A stretch of 64,000 nt of DNA from a virus. This document shows positions 17,959-27,521 of the stretch, one piece after another (position 1 is the stretch's first letter; each line of letters opens with the position of its first letter). The notes under the pieces are model-generated. The model did not search any database, was not told where the DNA came from, and worked only from the letters and a program-made list of their open reading frames with translations. Position numbers and translations under genes: made by a program. The DNA is taken from positions 32,390-96,389 of the IMG/VR virus record IMGVR_UViG_3300000553_000012. One strand, 5' to 3'.

Positions 17959-19008
17959 TTAATCCTTAACCAAATTCGGATTATTTCGACGCCATTCAGC
18001 TTCTTTAGCTTCTTCACGAATATTACGATTTTGAGCTATAATTTCACGAACGGCAGATTCTACTGCACGATAGCGATTAGCTTCGACATAAACAGAAGCT
18101 TTGGGTTCGACTTCTTCTTTCATAGGCTTCTTTTCTTGTCTGAGTAATTTAAAATCTTCTGAATCTAAATGGCCATTGTGATTTTTATCAAGTTTCTTTT
18201 GATTGCCTTTAAGTTCTTCTTCACCTACAATCTTAGCGGTTTTTGCTTTAATTTTTGCATCTGGATCATACGGTGCTTCTGGCGTAGGCATTTGTCCACC
18301 GCTTTTTCTTACTTTATCAAAATTTTCTTTAGAAGCTCCCATATGCTTTCTCATTCTATCTTTATCTGCTGGCTTTTCTGGTTTACCAAGATGATAAAGT
18401 GCGGCTGTAGCATGAGCCCTAGAAATATGATGAACATTATTATCATCAAATTTAACATGACCGCCTTCTCTACTATCAGCGGCCTTCCCTAATTGATCTG
18501 TGAATGAAGGTGGTTCAGATGGACCACCGGCTTCATCTGAAGTCATTCCAGCTCTTTTAGCAGCACCAAAAGATTTTGAACCTTTTGGTCGACCGCGGCC
18601 ACGCTTTACTGGAGCATCCTCTTCTTCAATAAAAGAACGGAACTTGCTGATTCCTGTTCCCCAAAGAGGAGCGGTCATTTCTTCAATTTTTACTTCTTCA
18701 TTTGCTTTTTCTTTTAATTCAGTCTCTTCTTTCTTTAATTCCGGGTGCATTCCATAATAAGCACCGAGAGCTATCTTCTTACGTTCTTCTTTTGACTTAC
18801 CAGCAAACTTAGGATCATCAGAGTGAACAAAATCATCAATGACATTGCCGGCCGTCATTTTCTTTGTTAGTTTTTCTGAAAGTTCAACGCCAGACTCAAT
18901 GCCGTGATCAAACATAACATCGGCAGATAAAATATCACCATCTTCATCATATACTTCTGTTGAATTGATGATATGTCCTTCGCCGAATTCTTCGTGGTAA
19001 ACTTTCAT
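17959..19008 (-). CDS. putative head-internal protein with AT-hook and EF-hand-like motifs
   Basis: KRGRGRPKGSK; LDKNHNGHLDSEDF; FAGKSKEERKKIALGAYY. Confidence 0.65.
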   Translation of the reverse strand: MKVYHEEFGEGHIINSTEVYDEDGDILSADVMFDHGIESGVELSEKLTKKMTAGNVIDDFVHSDDPKFAGKSKEERKKIALGAYYGMHPELKKEETELKEKANEEVKIEEMTAPLWGTGISKFRSFIEEEDAPVKRGRGRPKGSKSFGAAKRAGMTSDEAGGPSEPPSFTDQLGKAADSREGGHVKFDDNNVHHISRAHATAALYHLGKPEKPADKDRMRKHMGASKENFDKVRKSGGQMPTPEAPYDPDAKIKAKTAKIVGEEELKGNQKKLDKNHNGHLDSEDFKLLRQEKKPMKEEVEPKASVYVEANRYRAVESAVREIIAQNRNIREEAKEAEWRRNNPNLVKD

Positions 19009-19042
19009 TGAAATCTCCTAAAATTATACTTCTTATTATTTA

Positions 19043-19486
19043 TTAAATTTTATTTTTAATGGTGGATCTAAGCATCCAAGAATGTTTTTTGTGAATATCG
19101 GTTCTGTCTTGTAAAAAATTACTGACACCAATTTCACCAACTTTTTCTGCTTCATTATACGCTTTTCTTAAAGATATTATTACTTTTTCATTATCATCTA
19201 ATAATTGACCGGCCATTGACACTCCATCGGGAATAGTTGTAGCATCTGAAATTGTAGTCAATTCGGAAAATCTACTAAATGATCCGGGAGCATATTCATC
19301 TAATGATCTAATATGTTCTGCCACTGCATCTGTGGCTTCCCAAACTTCATCATAGATTTTATTAAATAGCTTATGATATTCGTAGAAGTCTGCACCCTCT
19401 ACATTCCAGTGATAATTATGAGTTTTTAAATAAAATGCAAATGTATCAGCCAAAACAACTTTTAATGCATCAGTTAGTTTGCTCAT
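19043..19486 (-). CDS. dps: Dps/ferritin-like DNA-protection protein
   Basis: THNYHWNVEG..HKLF..Y......DAVAEH ferroxidase signature. Confidence 0.92.
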   Translation of the reverse strand: MSKLTDALKVVLADTFAFYLKTHNYHWNVEGADFYEYHKLFNKIYDEVWEATDAVAEHIRSLDEYAPGSFSRFSELTTISDATTIPDGVSMAGQLLDDNEKVIISLRKAYNEAEKVGEIGVSNFLQDRTDIHKKHSWMLRSTIKNKI

Positions 19487-20375
19487 TAGGATCTCCTTTT
19501 ATATAATTTCCACTCATATTACGAATAACAGAACCATCTTTTTGAGAAACCCAGCCAATGATAGTATATCCCCGTTCTTTCCAATCTGGAGCTTGTGATA
19601 TCAAAGATTTATTATATATTACAACAAATTGTTTTATACCACTTCTATGATAGTATTTATTTGATAAAATATAAGCACGATCATTTGGATCTTGTTGTTG
19701 AGAAGCCATATGTTCTGCGGCTTTATATGCTTCTAATTTATTATTATGCATTAATCCCGGATTTTTCAAAATATCTTGTTCTTGGCCGGGGGAACCGGCA
19801 GGAATTGCATTAACCGAAGAATCTTCTTTTAATACGGAAATAAATCGAGAACTTATTACTGACCAATCTATAATTTTATAAATGTTTTTTAGATATTCTT
19901 TTTTATCGGCCCGATAATCTAAAGCCCAGGCGTGTTCCCACCAATCAATCAAAAGCATAATCTTCATGCCCGGATGATATTCGTGATTATGAATTACATG
20001 AATTTTACAAGAATCATCAAGATAAATCCAACCAGACCCTTGAATTTTCATAGCTTCTTCTTCAATTTTATCTTGAAGATTTGCAAAAGAACCATATATT
20101 GCTTCTATTTTATTTTTTACAGTCCCTGTAAAGTTTGATTTATTCGGTTCACAGAATTGACTAAAATATAAATTATGAAGAATAGCCCCCCCAAAATTAA
20201 AGTCTTTATCGCCTTCATTTTTATTATACCTTTCAACATACTTAGATGCTAGACCACGATAATGATAATCTATGGTATCTTTACTCATAACGGGTTCCAA
20301 GTCAAAATCTTGATATCTCAATTTTTTTTGAACTAGTTTTATTTTTTGTTCTGTAAATGATCCAAAATTTTTCAT
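19470..20375 (-). CDS. sod: Fe/Mn superoxide dismutase with C-terminal extension (start MKNFGSFTE)
   Basis: LEPVMS..T..YH, LHNLYF, QGSGW, DWWEHAW metal-ligand motifs. Confidence 0.88.
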   Translation of the reverse strand: MKNFGSFTEQKIKLVQKKLRYQDFDLEPVMSKDTIDYHYRGLASKYVERYNKNEGDKDFNFGGAILHNLYFSQFCEPNKSNFTGTVKNKIEAIYGSFANLQDKIEEEAMKIQGSGWIYLDDSCKIHVIHNHEYHPGMKIMLLIDWWEHAWALDYRADKKEYLKNIYKIIDWSVISSRFISVLKEDSSVNAIPAGSPGQEQDILKNPGLMHNNKLEAYKAAEHMASQQQDPNDRAYILSNKYYHRSGIKQFVVIYNKSLISQAPDWKERGYTIIGWVSQKDGSVIRNMSGNYIKGDPNEQTN

Positions 20376-22252
20376 TATAATTCTTCTATGAAATTCCAAG
20401 AACAAACAACGTTAGCGGTTCCTCCAATACTGCCCGGCAAGTTTTGAATACAAAGAGTTAATGTGGCAGGATTTCCATTTATATCAGAACCCAGATTGTA
20501 TGTTCCGGGTATACCATCAAATGTTGTTGATCCTGCGCCAGAAGCTGTTAATCCAGATAATATAGTCAATCCGCCGGTTATTGTAGCAGTATTACTCCAA
20601 GTCCAATATCGACTAGACCTACCAGTATTTGCATTAATTAATGCAGAATTTCCATTATAGGCATAAGTTCCATTAACATTTGCATTATATACTATAGTGT
20701 ATAAAAATGTATCTGCTGTAGCATTTTTTCCTTGATTATTTTGATCTATAATTGTAAATTCTCCAGGAGAAATATCAGAACCTATCCAAGGAGAACCTGC
20801 TCTAAGCCCGATAGTCAAAACAGGCGTTAATGTAGTACCAGGAATATATCCAGAAACATTGTATGCTGTTGTAGGAGAAGGATTACTTGACAATTCCGCG
20901 TCTGATTGAAAAGCAATTCCTGACATATTAAATACTGGTGTTGTTGTGGTAAATGAACCGGTAGATCCATTTAATATTTCACGTCTTAATGGAAGACTAT
21001 TATCAGTAATAAATGTAGTATTACCTATAAGTGAAGGAGAAGAGTAACTTTGAATATGGACAATTTGTGGTCCAATTGGTGTTCCTAGACCAAATCTAAC
21101 TCTTCCAGTTCTTCCTCCAATTAAATCAAACCAAAAAGTATAATATTTGTTCAATCCAGTAGTAAAGATATTCATACCAGATGGTCCTGTACCATCTAAT
21201 TTATCTTGATTAAAGCTATTAGCATATACTCTATCTTCAACAATAGAACCATTTGCCACTTGACGCCTTACAACTACTGCTAAAGTATTTGCTGATGTGT
21301 TTCCTTGTTCCCAATATATTCCATTATTAATATCAAAAAGTCCAGTTCTACGAATAACACCAGATTCTCCAGCAGTAACTTCATAGTTTACTGTAGTATA
21401 AAGAGTATGTGATGTTCCTGGTATAATTTTATATCTATTATATGTTTGTTTATATGCATACCCACCAGCAGTATTACCACTCGTCATTTGTATTTCTGAT
21501 GTATTGGCAAGGAATATACTATTAGAATTAGTTCCATTCAGTATTTGTGACCACCTGTATAGTATATCATCATCAACTACAGGAACGAACCAATTCTGAC
21601 TACTAGTAGTAGATATTCTTAATTTTGATAGCGCGTCTGTGGACCACGTAGGCGCCTGTTGAGTATATACATAGTTTGTTGTATTTGATATAACATCAAC
21701 AGGTATTGGAGCCGAATTACTTACGGGTATTGTATTAGCAAAATACAATAAACTGTTTACTGAATTTGGAAAATTATTAATCGCAACAGGTAATGCTTCG
21801 GCAGCAGTTATACTATCGCCATTGCTTTGATATATTGATATTTGATTAGAAGTTTGTATAAAAACATTGCCTATAACTTCAGTAGTAAAAGGACTGAATG
21901 TAGTAAATAAAGGATTAACATTGTTAATAGATGAGCCATCACTATTAAAAATGAGAACATTAGATGTACTTGGAAAATTATTAATCGCAACAGGTAATGC
22001 TTCGGCAGCAGTTATATTATCGCCATTGCTTTGGTGTATACTTACATTAGATGCTGTGGTGACATTGACATTGCCACTGATAGAGATAGTATTATTACCA
22101 ATATCTACAGGAAGTCTAGATGAAGCATTAATAGCTGAACCATTACTATTAAAAATAACAACATTACCAGTAATTGGAAGCGGTTCTGTATTGCTAATAG
22201 AATTTGTATTACTATTAAAAATAGAAACAGAATTTGTAAATACATATGACAT
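20375..22252 (-). CDS. Asn/Ser/Thr-rich virion/fibre protein with N-terminal repeats
   Basis: TDALSKLRIS, DKLDGTGPSG, GRVRFG motifs; internal repeat. Confidence 0.7.
   Translation of the reverse strand: MSYVFTNSVSIFNSNTNSISNTEPLPITGNVVIFNSNGSAINASSRLPVDIGNNTISISGNVNVTTASNVSIHQSNGDNITAAEALPVAINNFPSTSNVLIFNSDGSSINNVNPLFTTFSPFTTEVIGNVFIQTSNQISIYQSNGDSITAAEALPVAINNFPNSVNSLLYFANTIPVSNSAPIPVDVISNTTNYVYTQQAPTWSTDALSKLRISTTSSQNWFVPVVDDDILYRWSQILNGTNSNSIFLANTSEIQMTSGNTAGGYAYKQTYNRYKIIPGTSHTLYTTVNYEVTAGESGVIRRTGLFDINNGIYWEQGNTSANTLAVVVRRQVANGSIVEDRVYANSFNQDKLDGTGPSGMNIFTTGLNKYYTFWFDLIGGRTGRVRFGLGTPIGPQIVHIQSYSSPSLIGNTTFITDNSLPLRREILNGSTGSFTTTTPVFNMSGIAFQSDAELSSNPSPTTAYNVSGYIPGTTLTPVLTIGLRAGSPWIGSDISPGEFTIIDQNNQGKNATADTFLYTIVYNANVNGTYAYNGNSALINANTGRSSRYWTWSNTATITGGLTILSGLTASGAGSTTFDGIPGTYNLGSDINGNPATLTLCIQNLPGSIGGTANVVCSWNFIEEL
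21766..22033. repeat. 64-bp intragenic direct repeat (21766-21829 and 21970-22033)
   Basis: one mismatch; 204-bp period; encodes QSNGD(N/S)ITAAEALPVAINNFP. Confidence 0.85.
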
Positions 22253-23091
22253 TATATAATTCTCCAGCCACTACGATAGATAAATGTCAAACTCATATTA
22301 TTGATACCCATTATTACCGTTGTATTATTATCTATAGAGCCGCCCGCAGGAGCAGTTACAGTTATATTATTTATTGAACAATTTCCACTCTCATCTTTTA
22401 TTATTATTTGTAAACCGTTTTTATTTGTTTTTGGTAATGTAATGGTACATGCTGTTGGACAATTAACTCCAATATAATAATCTTTTTTATTGGCTGTATA
22501 ATCTGTAGTTACTAAAACTGTTCTAAGCGTAAGTTCATCAATAGAGCCTGCTCCGCCGCCGCCCATTTGTGAAATGCGTGAAGCAAATTGATGTAAATCC
22601 AAAACTGATTTTTTAAGAAGATCCATTTCTTTGCGAAATGCTGGAGGAACTTCATCTTTTGGTAATTCATCTGCTGGAATTTTATCAATAGATTTACTGA
22701 TAGCTTCTACTGATTTACTGACAAAATCATCTGGAAGTTGAGGTTGTTTTTCTACTGGTGTATTTACTGGTTGAGTTATTTGTCTTGTTGTAGAATTTCT
22801 TGCATCTACAAAAGACTCTTCTACAGGAGTATCTTCTTTTATTTCTTTTATTTCTTCTAAATCGAGTATTTCTTGAATAGCTGGTTGTTCAATTACCTTT
22901 ATGGGTTCATGATCAATAACTTTTACAGGTTTAATTCCAAGAAGAGCATTTTCAAAACTTTCTAGTAGTTTTCTTTCTCTTTCTTTTTTTTGTATATTTT
23001 TTTCAATTTTTTCAAATGTAGAATCAGAAACTTCCGGATTACCTAGAAGTCTAGACCAGCTATCTAGAAGTTTCTGTTCTTTTTCATTCAT
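22252..23091 (-). CDS. hypothetical virion protein with fibre-like C-terminal domain
   Basis: GGGGAG hinge; DYYIGVN..TITLP..IIKDESG..GWRII. Confidence 0.7.
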   Translation of the reverse strand: MNEKEQKLLDSWSRLLGNPEVSDSTFEKIEKNIQKKERERKLLESFENALLGIKPVKVIDHEPIKVIEQPAIQEILDLEEIKEIKEDTPVEESFVDARNSTTRQITQPVNTPVEKQPQLPDDFVSKSVEAISKSIDKIPADELPKDEVPPAFRKEMDLLKKSVLDLHQFASRISQMGGGGAGSIDELTLRTVLVTTDYTANKKDYYIGVNCPTACTITLPKTNKNGLQIIIKDESGNCSINNITVTAPAGGSIDNNTTVIMGINNMSLTFIYRSGWRII

Positions 23092-24752
23092 TAGTGGCCC
23101 GAACTTCCACTTTTACCTGGTGGTAACATATTAATTGTTCCATCTGCCATTCTAATAGGAACAAGAGATGAGAATACTTTTTTACGTTTACCAGACGTAC
23201 CTTCTGGTACAGATAATTCAGTTACAACATTATCATCATATTCTATTTCATTATTCAAACGCATACCTGAACGAGCAGGCCCAAATAATGGTGAAGGTTC
23301 TTGAGAAGGTGGATTATTTTGAAATCTTTTTATAAGTTTATCTTTTAATCTTTGTCTCTGAGGAGACTTTGGATCTTTTGGTGAAGTACTAATAGCAGAT
23401 GAATATGCAGAAAGCATTGTTCTTCGACTAAGTTCATCAATATTTTCAACTTCTTCTTTTACGATAGAAAGATATTTTAATCCACTGTGGGGTTCATTAT
23501 GTAAGGATCTTTGAAGTTTAGCCAAAGCATCGTGTTTATTTGGTGATCTAATATAATGATGAACGGTTTCACGTTCTTCTGTTTCTGGATTATATGTATT
23601 AGATTTTAATTTATGAAGCGGCCATTGTAAGTTTGATCGGCGCTCATCTGTTCCAACTTTTTCTTTTTGTATTTTTTTTATAACTCTTTGCATGGCGCCC
23701 TTTGCTTTTGCTTTCATTGGACTGCCTTTGGCGCCTTCCTCAATATCGTGAGGCTTTACTATTTTAGAATTCATTTTCTTTTTTCCTTTTGCTTTTTCTG
23801 GAACAGTTATTAAATTATCCATTTTATCATATATTGGAAATCCATCTCCGGCAGCACCTCCGGTATCACCTCCACCAGTAGGTTCAGTGAACCCGCTCTC
23901 TCTGACATCTTTAAATTTCTTTTTTAATTTATAATTTTTAGAATCAGGATTTTTTGATAAAATATAATTTTTTCCTCCATCTTGGCGGCCGCCATCTACT
24001 AAATCTGCTCCACCCCATCCGCCCGACGTACCTTCTCCGCCGATACCCTCTTCATCCACATAGGTTTTTACGATCTTCATGGCTTTACGTCTCTGAAGTT
24101 GTTTTTTATTATCTTCGGGTTCTACAGTCTTATCATAACCGATTGGTTTATCTTTTGCGCTTTTTCTATCAAAAGGAACGTTGTAACGAACCGATTCATA
24201 TGGATTATCTGTTACTTGAGTAGTATTGCCTGCGCCAGAACCCGATTTATTGCCAAATGTAGCATTCATTCCCATTATTTGCTTATCCTTAAAATTTGGC
24301 GCCTTTTTATACTTCTTTGGTTTGGTCTCTTCAAACTGATTTTTAGATCCGGCATTTTGAGGATTTTGAGGTTGAGCGGGTCTCGTTCTAGCATTATTAG
24401 CGTACTGTATACTCTGATTGTGTAGTTGACCAGCATGTATTTCTTGTTTATTATGCGCTGTTGTAATTTTTGCCCTTTGTGCTGCAGCTTCTGCTGTTCT
24501 CTTGGCTGAAGCTTGTACGGCTGCTGCTGCTAACTTAACGACCTTGGCGCTGTTTTTTGCCGCCTGTGATGCTTTCTGAATAGAAGCTTTTTGATAAGCT
24601 ACCGCTTCTGGTGGAGTAGACACTTCTGGTTTACTTCTAAATCCAGGAGCATTTCCAGTCCTAAAACTCGTCTTAATGGGTTTATTAGTCTTAGGAATGC
24701 TAGTAATAGCGGCTGAAGTCTTAGAAGAAGTGGGTTTGCTTGAAGATTCCAT
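23091..24752 (-). CDS. low-complexity basic protein, putative head-internal protein
   Basis: Lys/Gly-rich, multiple xxE putative prohead-protease sites. Confidence 0.6.
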   Translation of the reverse strand: MESSSKPTSSKTSAAITSIPKTNKPIKTSFRTGNAPGFRSKPEVSTPPEAVAYQKASIQKASQAAKNSAKVVKLAAAAVQASAKRTAEAAAQRAKITTAHNKQEIHAGQLHNQSIQYANNARTRPAQPQNPQNAGSKNQFEETKPKKYKKAPNFKDKQIMGMNATFGNKSGSGAGNTTQVTDNPYESVRYNVPFDRKSAKDKPIGYDKTVEPEDNKKQLQRRKAMKIVKTYVDEEGIGGEGTSGGWGGADLVDGGRQDGGKNYILSKNPDSKNYKLKKKFKDVRESGFTEPTGGGDTGGAAGDGFPIYDKMDNLITVPEKAKGKKKMNSKIVKPHDIEEGAKGSPMKAKAKGAMQRVIKKIQKEKVGTDERRSNLQWPLHKLKSNTYNPETEERETVHHYIRSPNKHDALAKLQRSLHNEPHSGLKYLSIVKEEVENIDELSRRTMLSAYSSAISTSPKDPKSPQRQRLKDKLIKRFQNNPPSQEPSPLFGPARSGMRLNNEIEYDDNVVTELSVPEGTSGKRKKVFSSLVPIRMADGTINMLPPGKSGSSGH

Positions 24753-24754
24753 GA

Positions 24755-26338
24755 TTAATCCTTATGTACTTTACATCCAACACGGCCACACTTATCGCAA
24801 GGTTTTTCTTTAGATGGTTTTGGAGGAGCTAATCCAGAACGAACATCATCATACATCTTCTTCACATCGTCTGGTTTCATAGTGCTGGGTGCACCCGCTG
24901 CAAAGTTTTCATATTTACCGTTTTGTGCATGTAGTCTTTGATTTGAAGCAGATACTCCAGCAGTGCCTTCGGCATCCGGATCTCTTTCCCCTGCTGAATG
25001 TAGATTTACTGATTTAAAATTATAATACCCATGTGTACCATGCTGGCCATTATATTGATTTATGAGTTTTTCATACTCTGGAATGCGATCAGATCCAGCA
25101 ACCATATGTAAGTCTGTAACACCGTTTTCATGAAGTCTAGAAAGTTGATGTAATAGGGTTGGATGATCTTTGTCTGCTACCTGAGTAACGACATCTGGAA
25201 AAGCTTTCTTAGCGTGTTCTTCTTTTTGTTCTGGAGTAAGAGGATTCTTCTTGTTATCATGAGTCCTAGATAAAATCATACTAGAAGTACCGTTATATTT
25301 TTTAGCAAGTTTCTTGACTAGATTATACGCAACTTCATGCCCAGCGTGTGGTGGATTGACTCTACCAAAAAACATCACATGATGCCGACGATGCATATTT
25401 GTCGGATCAACAGATTCGGCCCATTTTGTAGGAGCAGTAGAAGGAGGAGTAGCCGTTTGTGTGGTTTGATCAGTATGCCCCAAAGCTTTTTTGATAGAAT
25501 TTCTATCTTCTTGGTTTTCAAGATTGATATTGGATGGATTTAATTGTGTTGGAGAAAACTGTACAGTCAAATTCCCCGATGAATGTTTTCCTCTAACACG
25601 AAAACGTCCCGTTCCAGTTGCAGGAGGAAGATTAGTTCCTGTTCTATCTTTTTCTTGGGATAATCCTGCTCTATATGTTCCATGTGTTCCAACATGAAGT
25701 ACGTCTACACCATGATCTTTCAAATAGGCATGCATGGGAGATAAATCTGTTTCTTGACTATAAACATTACTTTGCCCGCTCAATGATCTTGTGCCTCTAG
25801 TTGGAGGAGGAACAGTTTCATTGATGTGGTCTAAAAAAGATTTTCCACTCTCATGATGCGAATTTTCTATTGCCCTAGCAAATTCTGGATGCTGTCTTCT
25901 AACATTATCAGAAATATGCCATTCGCCTTTTTCTGGATCATGGTTTAGCGTAAGTTGTCCAAATGCCGCTCTAGTGCCGCTGTGTTTAACTTCACCATGA
26001 TACACATTTGGTTCGTCTTCACCTGCTTTTTCTCTTTTATTGAGAAGTGAAAAATCAATACCTTTGGTAGATCCGGGAGGCTTTTCATCTGAAGATATCA
26101 TATTATCATTTTTTAAAACATCATGAAACTTCCCTTCATATGTAATTCCTCGATTTTCTTCATTAAGTATTTTATATGATATAAACTTTGCAAAACTTTC
26201 AGTTCTCATTTGAACGTCAGGATTAACTAGAATTTGATTGGGATGTTCACCAGTCATAGTTCTACCATTATTGATAGCATTACTTTGACCCTTAGCAGCG
26301 TTAAGTCGCTTCATAATTTTGTCGAGAAAATCTCCCAT
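24755..26338 (-). CDS. fusion: PD-(D/E)xK-like domain + HxGH nucleotidyltransferase (cytidyltransferase-like)
   Basis: GITYE..ID..GEVK; FGRVNPPHAGH, KNPL, AGSDR, GERDPDAEG..SAS. Confidence 0.75.
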   Translation of the reverse strand: MGDFLDKIMKRLNAAKGQSNAINNGRTMTGEHPNQILVNPDVQMRTESFAKFISYKILNEENRGITYEGKFHDVLKNDNMISSDEKPPGSTKGIDFSLLNKREKAGEDEPNVYHGEVKHSGTRAAFGQLTLNHDPEKGEWHISDNVRRQHPEFARAIENSHHESGKSFLDHINETVPPPTRGTRSLSGQSNVYSQETDLSPMHAYLKDHGVDVLHVGTHGTYRAGLSQEKDRTGTNLPPATGTGRFRVRGKHSSGNLTVQFSPTQLNPSNINLENQEDRNSIKKALGHTDQTTQTATPPSTAPTKWAESVDPTNMHRRHHVMFFGRVNPPHAGHEVAYNLVKKLAKKYNGTSSMILSRTHDNKKNPLTPEQKEEHAKKAFPDVVTQVADKDHPTLLHQLSRLHENGVTDLHMVAGSDRIPEYEKLINQYNGQHGTHGYYNFKSVNLHSAGERDPDAEGTAGVSASNQRLHAQNGKYENFAAGAPSTMKPDDVKKMYDDVRSGLAPPKPSKEKPCDKCGRVGCKVHKD

Positions 26339-27486
26339 TAGACTTTAGCTCCTAGTGTCTTTGATGCTCTAAGTACCGCTGAGCGGGCCCTATTTGCTGC
26401 CGAAAATCCCTTGCGATCTACAATCTTTAAACCACCCGCGACAAATCCTTCTGGGCCAGTTTCTTCTCCGTTAATCGCATGGCCATATCCACCATGGGCA
26501 GTCTTTGCTAATGCTTTAGAAAGCAAATTGGTTGCTTCTTGAACATGACCATGGATTTTAAATGATTTGTCAAATGCCTTTTTATTTTTATTTACATGTG
26601 CTAAAGCAGCATCTCTTTCAGCGGCTTTGACATCTTTTGTTTTTTGTGTTTTTACAGAATCGATTCGTTTTTGATGATGCTTATTTAAATGATTAATATA
26701 TCCTTCAGTTGTTGGAGTTTCTCCACTAGTAACAGTAGAATTGATATATGATCTAAGAGTATCTTCGTGTCCTACATGATGATCATGAGTATGATTATTC
26801 ATGAGTTTTTGAGCCTGATTCAAATGATTTAAAACCCGGCGTTTCATTACAGGATCAATATTATGCTGTTCATCATGAGATACTAGATGACTTACAAGAT
26901 GAACATCAGGATGCTCTCCAAACTCAGAAAGGTCCGTAACAGGATGAGCTTCCCTGTTCGGACCCGTAAGTTCTGAATGAATAACCGTACTGACTTTAGA
27001 TTGTTGAAGTTTCTTACCCTCTTTGGTGTTAGTCGGTACAGAATATTCAATTGTATTTGGTGTATGACTTATTCTTCCATTAGAGATAGTCCTTGTAGAT
27101 GGATCGCTCATATATCCGCCTTGCCATTCTCCTTCACGTTTAGGAAGAACTTTAGGAAGATGCTCTAGAAGAAGTTTTAATGGGTGTGCTAAGTAAGGTT
27201 TATGACCATGTTGTTTATCAATGTCTTCTGGACTAAAATTGTATTGAGCACCAGCGCCCTTATACTTTACACCAACTCTGCCATCTTTATCTCGCATGAC
27301 TTGATAAGACAGCTTATCATCAATTTTACGCGAAATAGGAGTAGAACTTTCGGTTGCACCCTTAAGAGTATCTATAGCATGTTGAGCAGCATCGTGGCCA
27401 TCAAATGTTCTATCGGCCGGGTGTTCAATATGCTGTATGCCACCTGCGGGTGATCCTTCAATCAAAAAAAACTTGAATGTAAGCAT
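26338..27486 (-). CDS. DUF6267-like His-rich protein
   Basis: HIEHP, KID, HTPNTIEY, PEGFV..KIVDR..FSAAN motifs. Confidence 0.7.
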   Translation of the reverse strand: MLTFKFFLIEGSPAGGIQHIEHPADRTFDGHDAAQHAIDTLKGATESSTPISRKIDDKLSYQVMRDKDGRVGVKYKGAGAQYNFSPEDIDKQHGHKPYLAHPLKLLLEHLPKVLPKREGEWQGGYMSDPSTRTISNGRISHTPNTIEYSVPTNTKEGKKLQQSKVSTVIHSELTGPNREAHPVTDLSEFGEHPDVHLVSHLVSHDEQHNIDPVMKRRVLNHLNQAQKLMNNHTHDHHVGHEDTLRSYINSTVTSGETPTTEGYINHLNKHHQKRIDSVKTQKTKDVKAAERDAALAHVNKNKKAFDKSFKIHGHVQEATNLLSKALAKTAHGGYGHAINGEETGPEGFVAGGLKIVDRKGFSAANRARSAVLRASKTLGAKV

Positions 27487-27513
27487 GATTATACCTTATT
27501 TAAGAATATAAGG

Positions 27514-27521
27514 TATTTATA
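27514..27521 (-). promoter_or_regulatory. T4-type late promoter heading the virion-protein block
   Basis: TATAAATA on minus strand. Confidence 0.65.
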
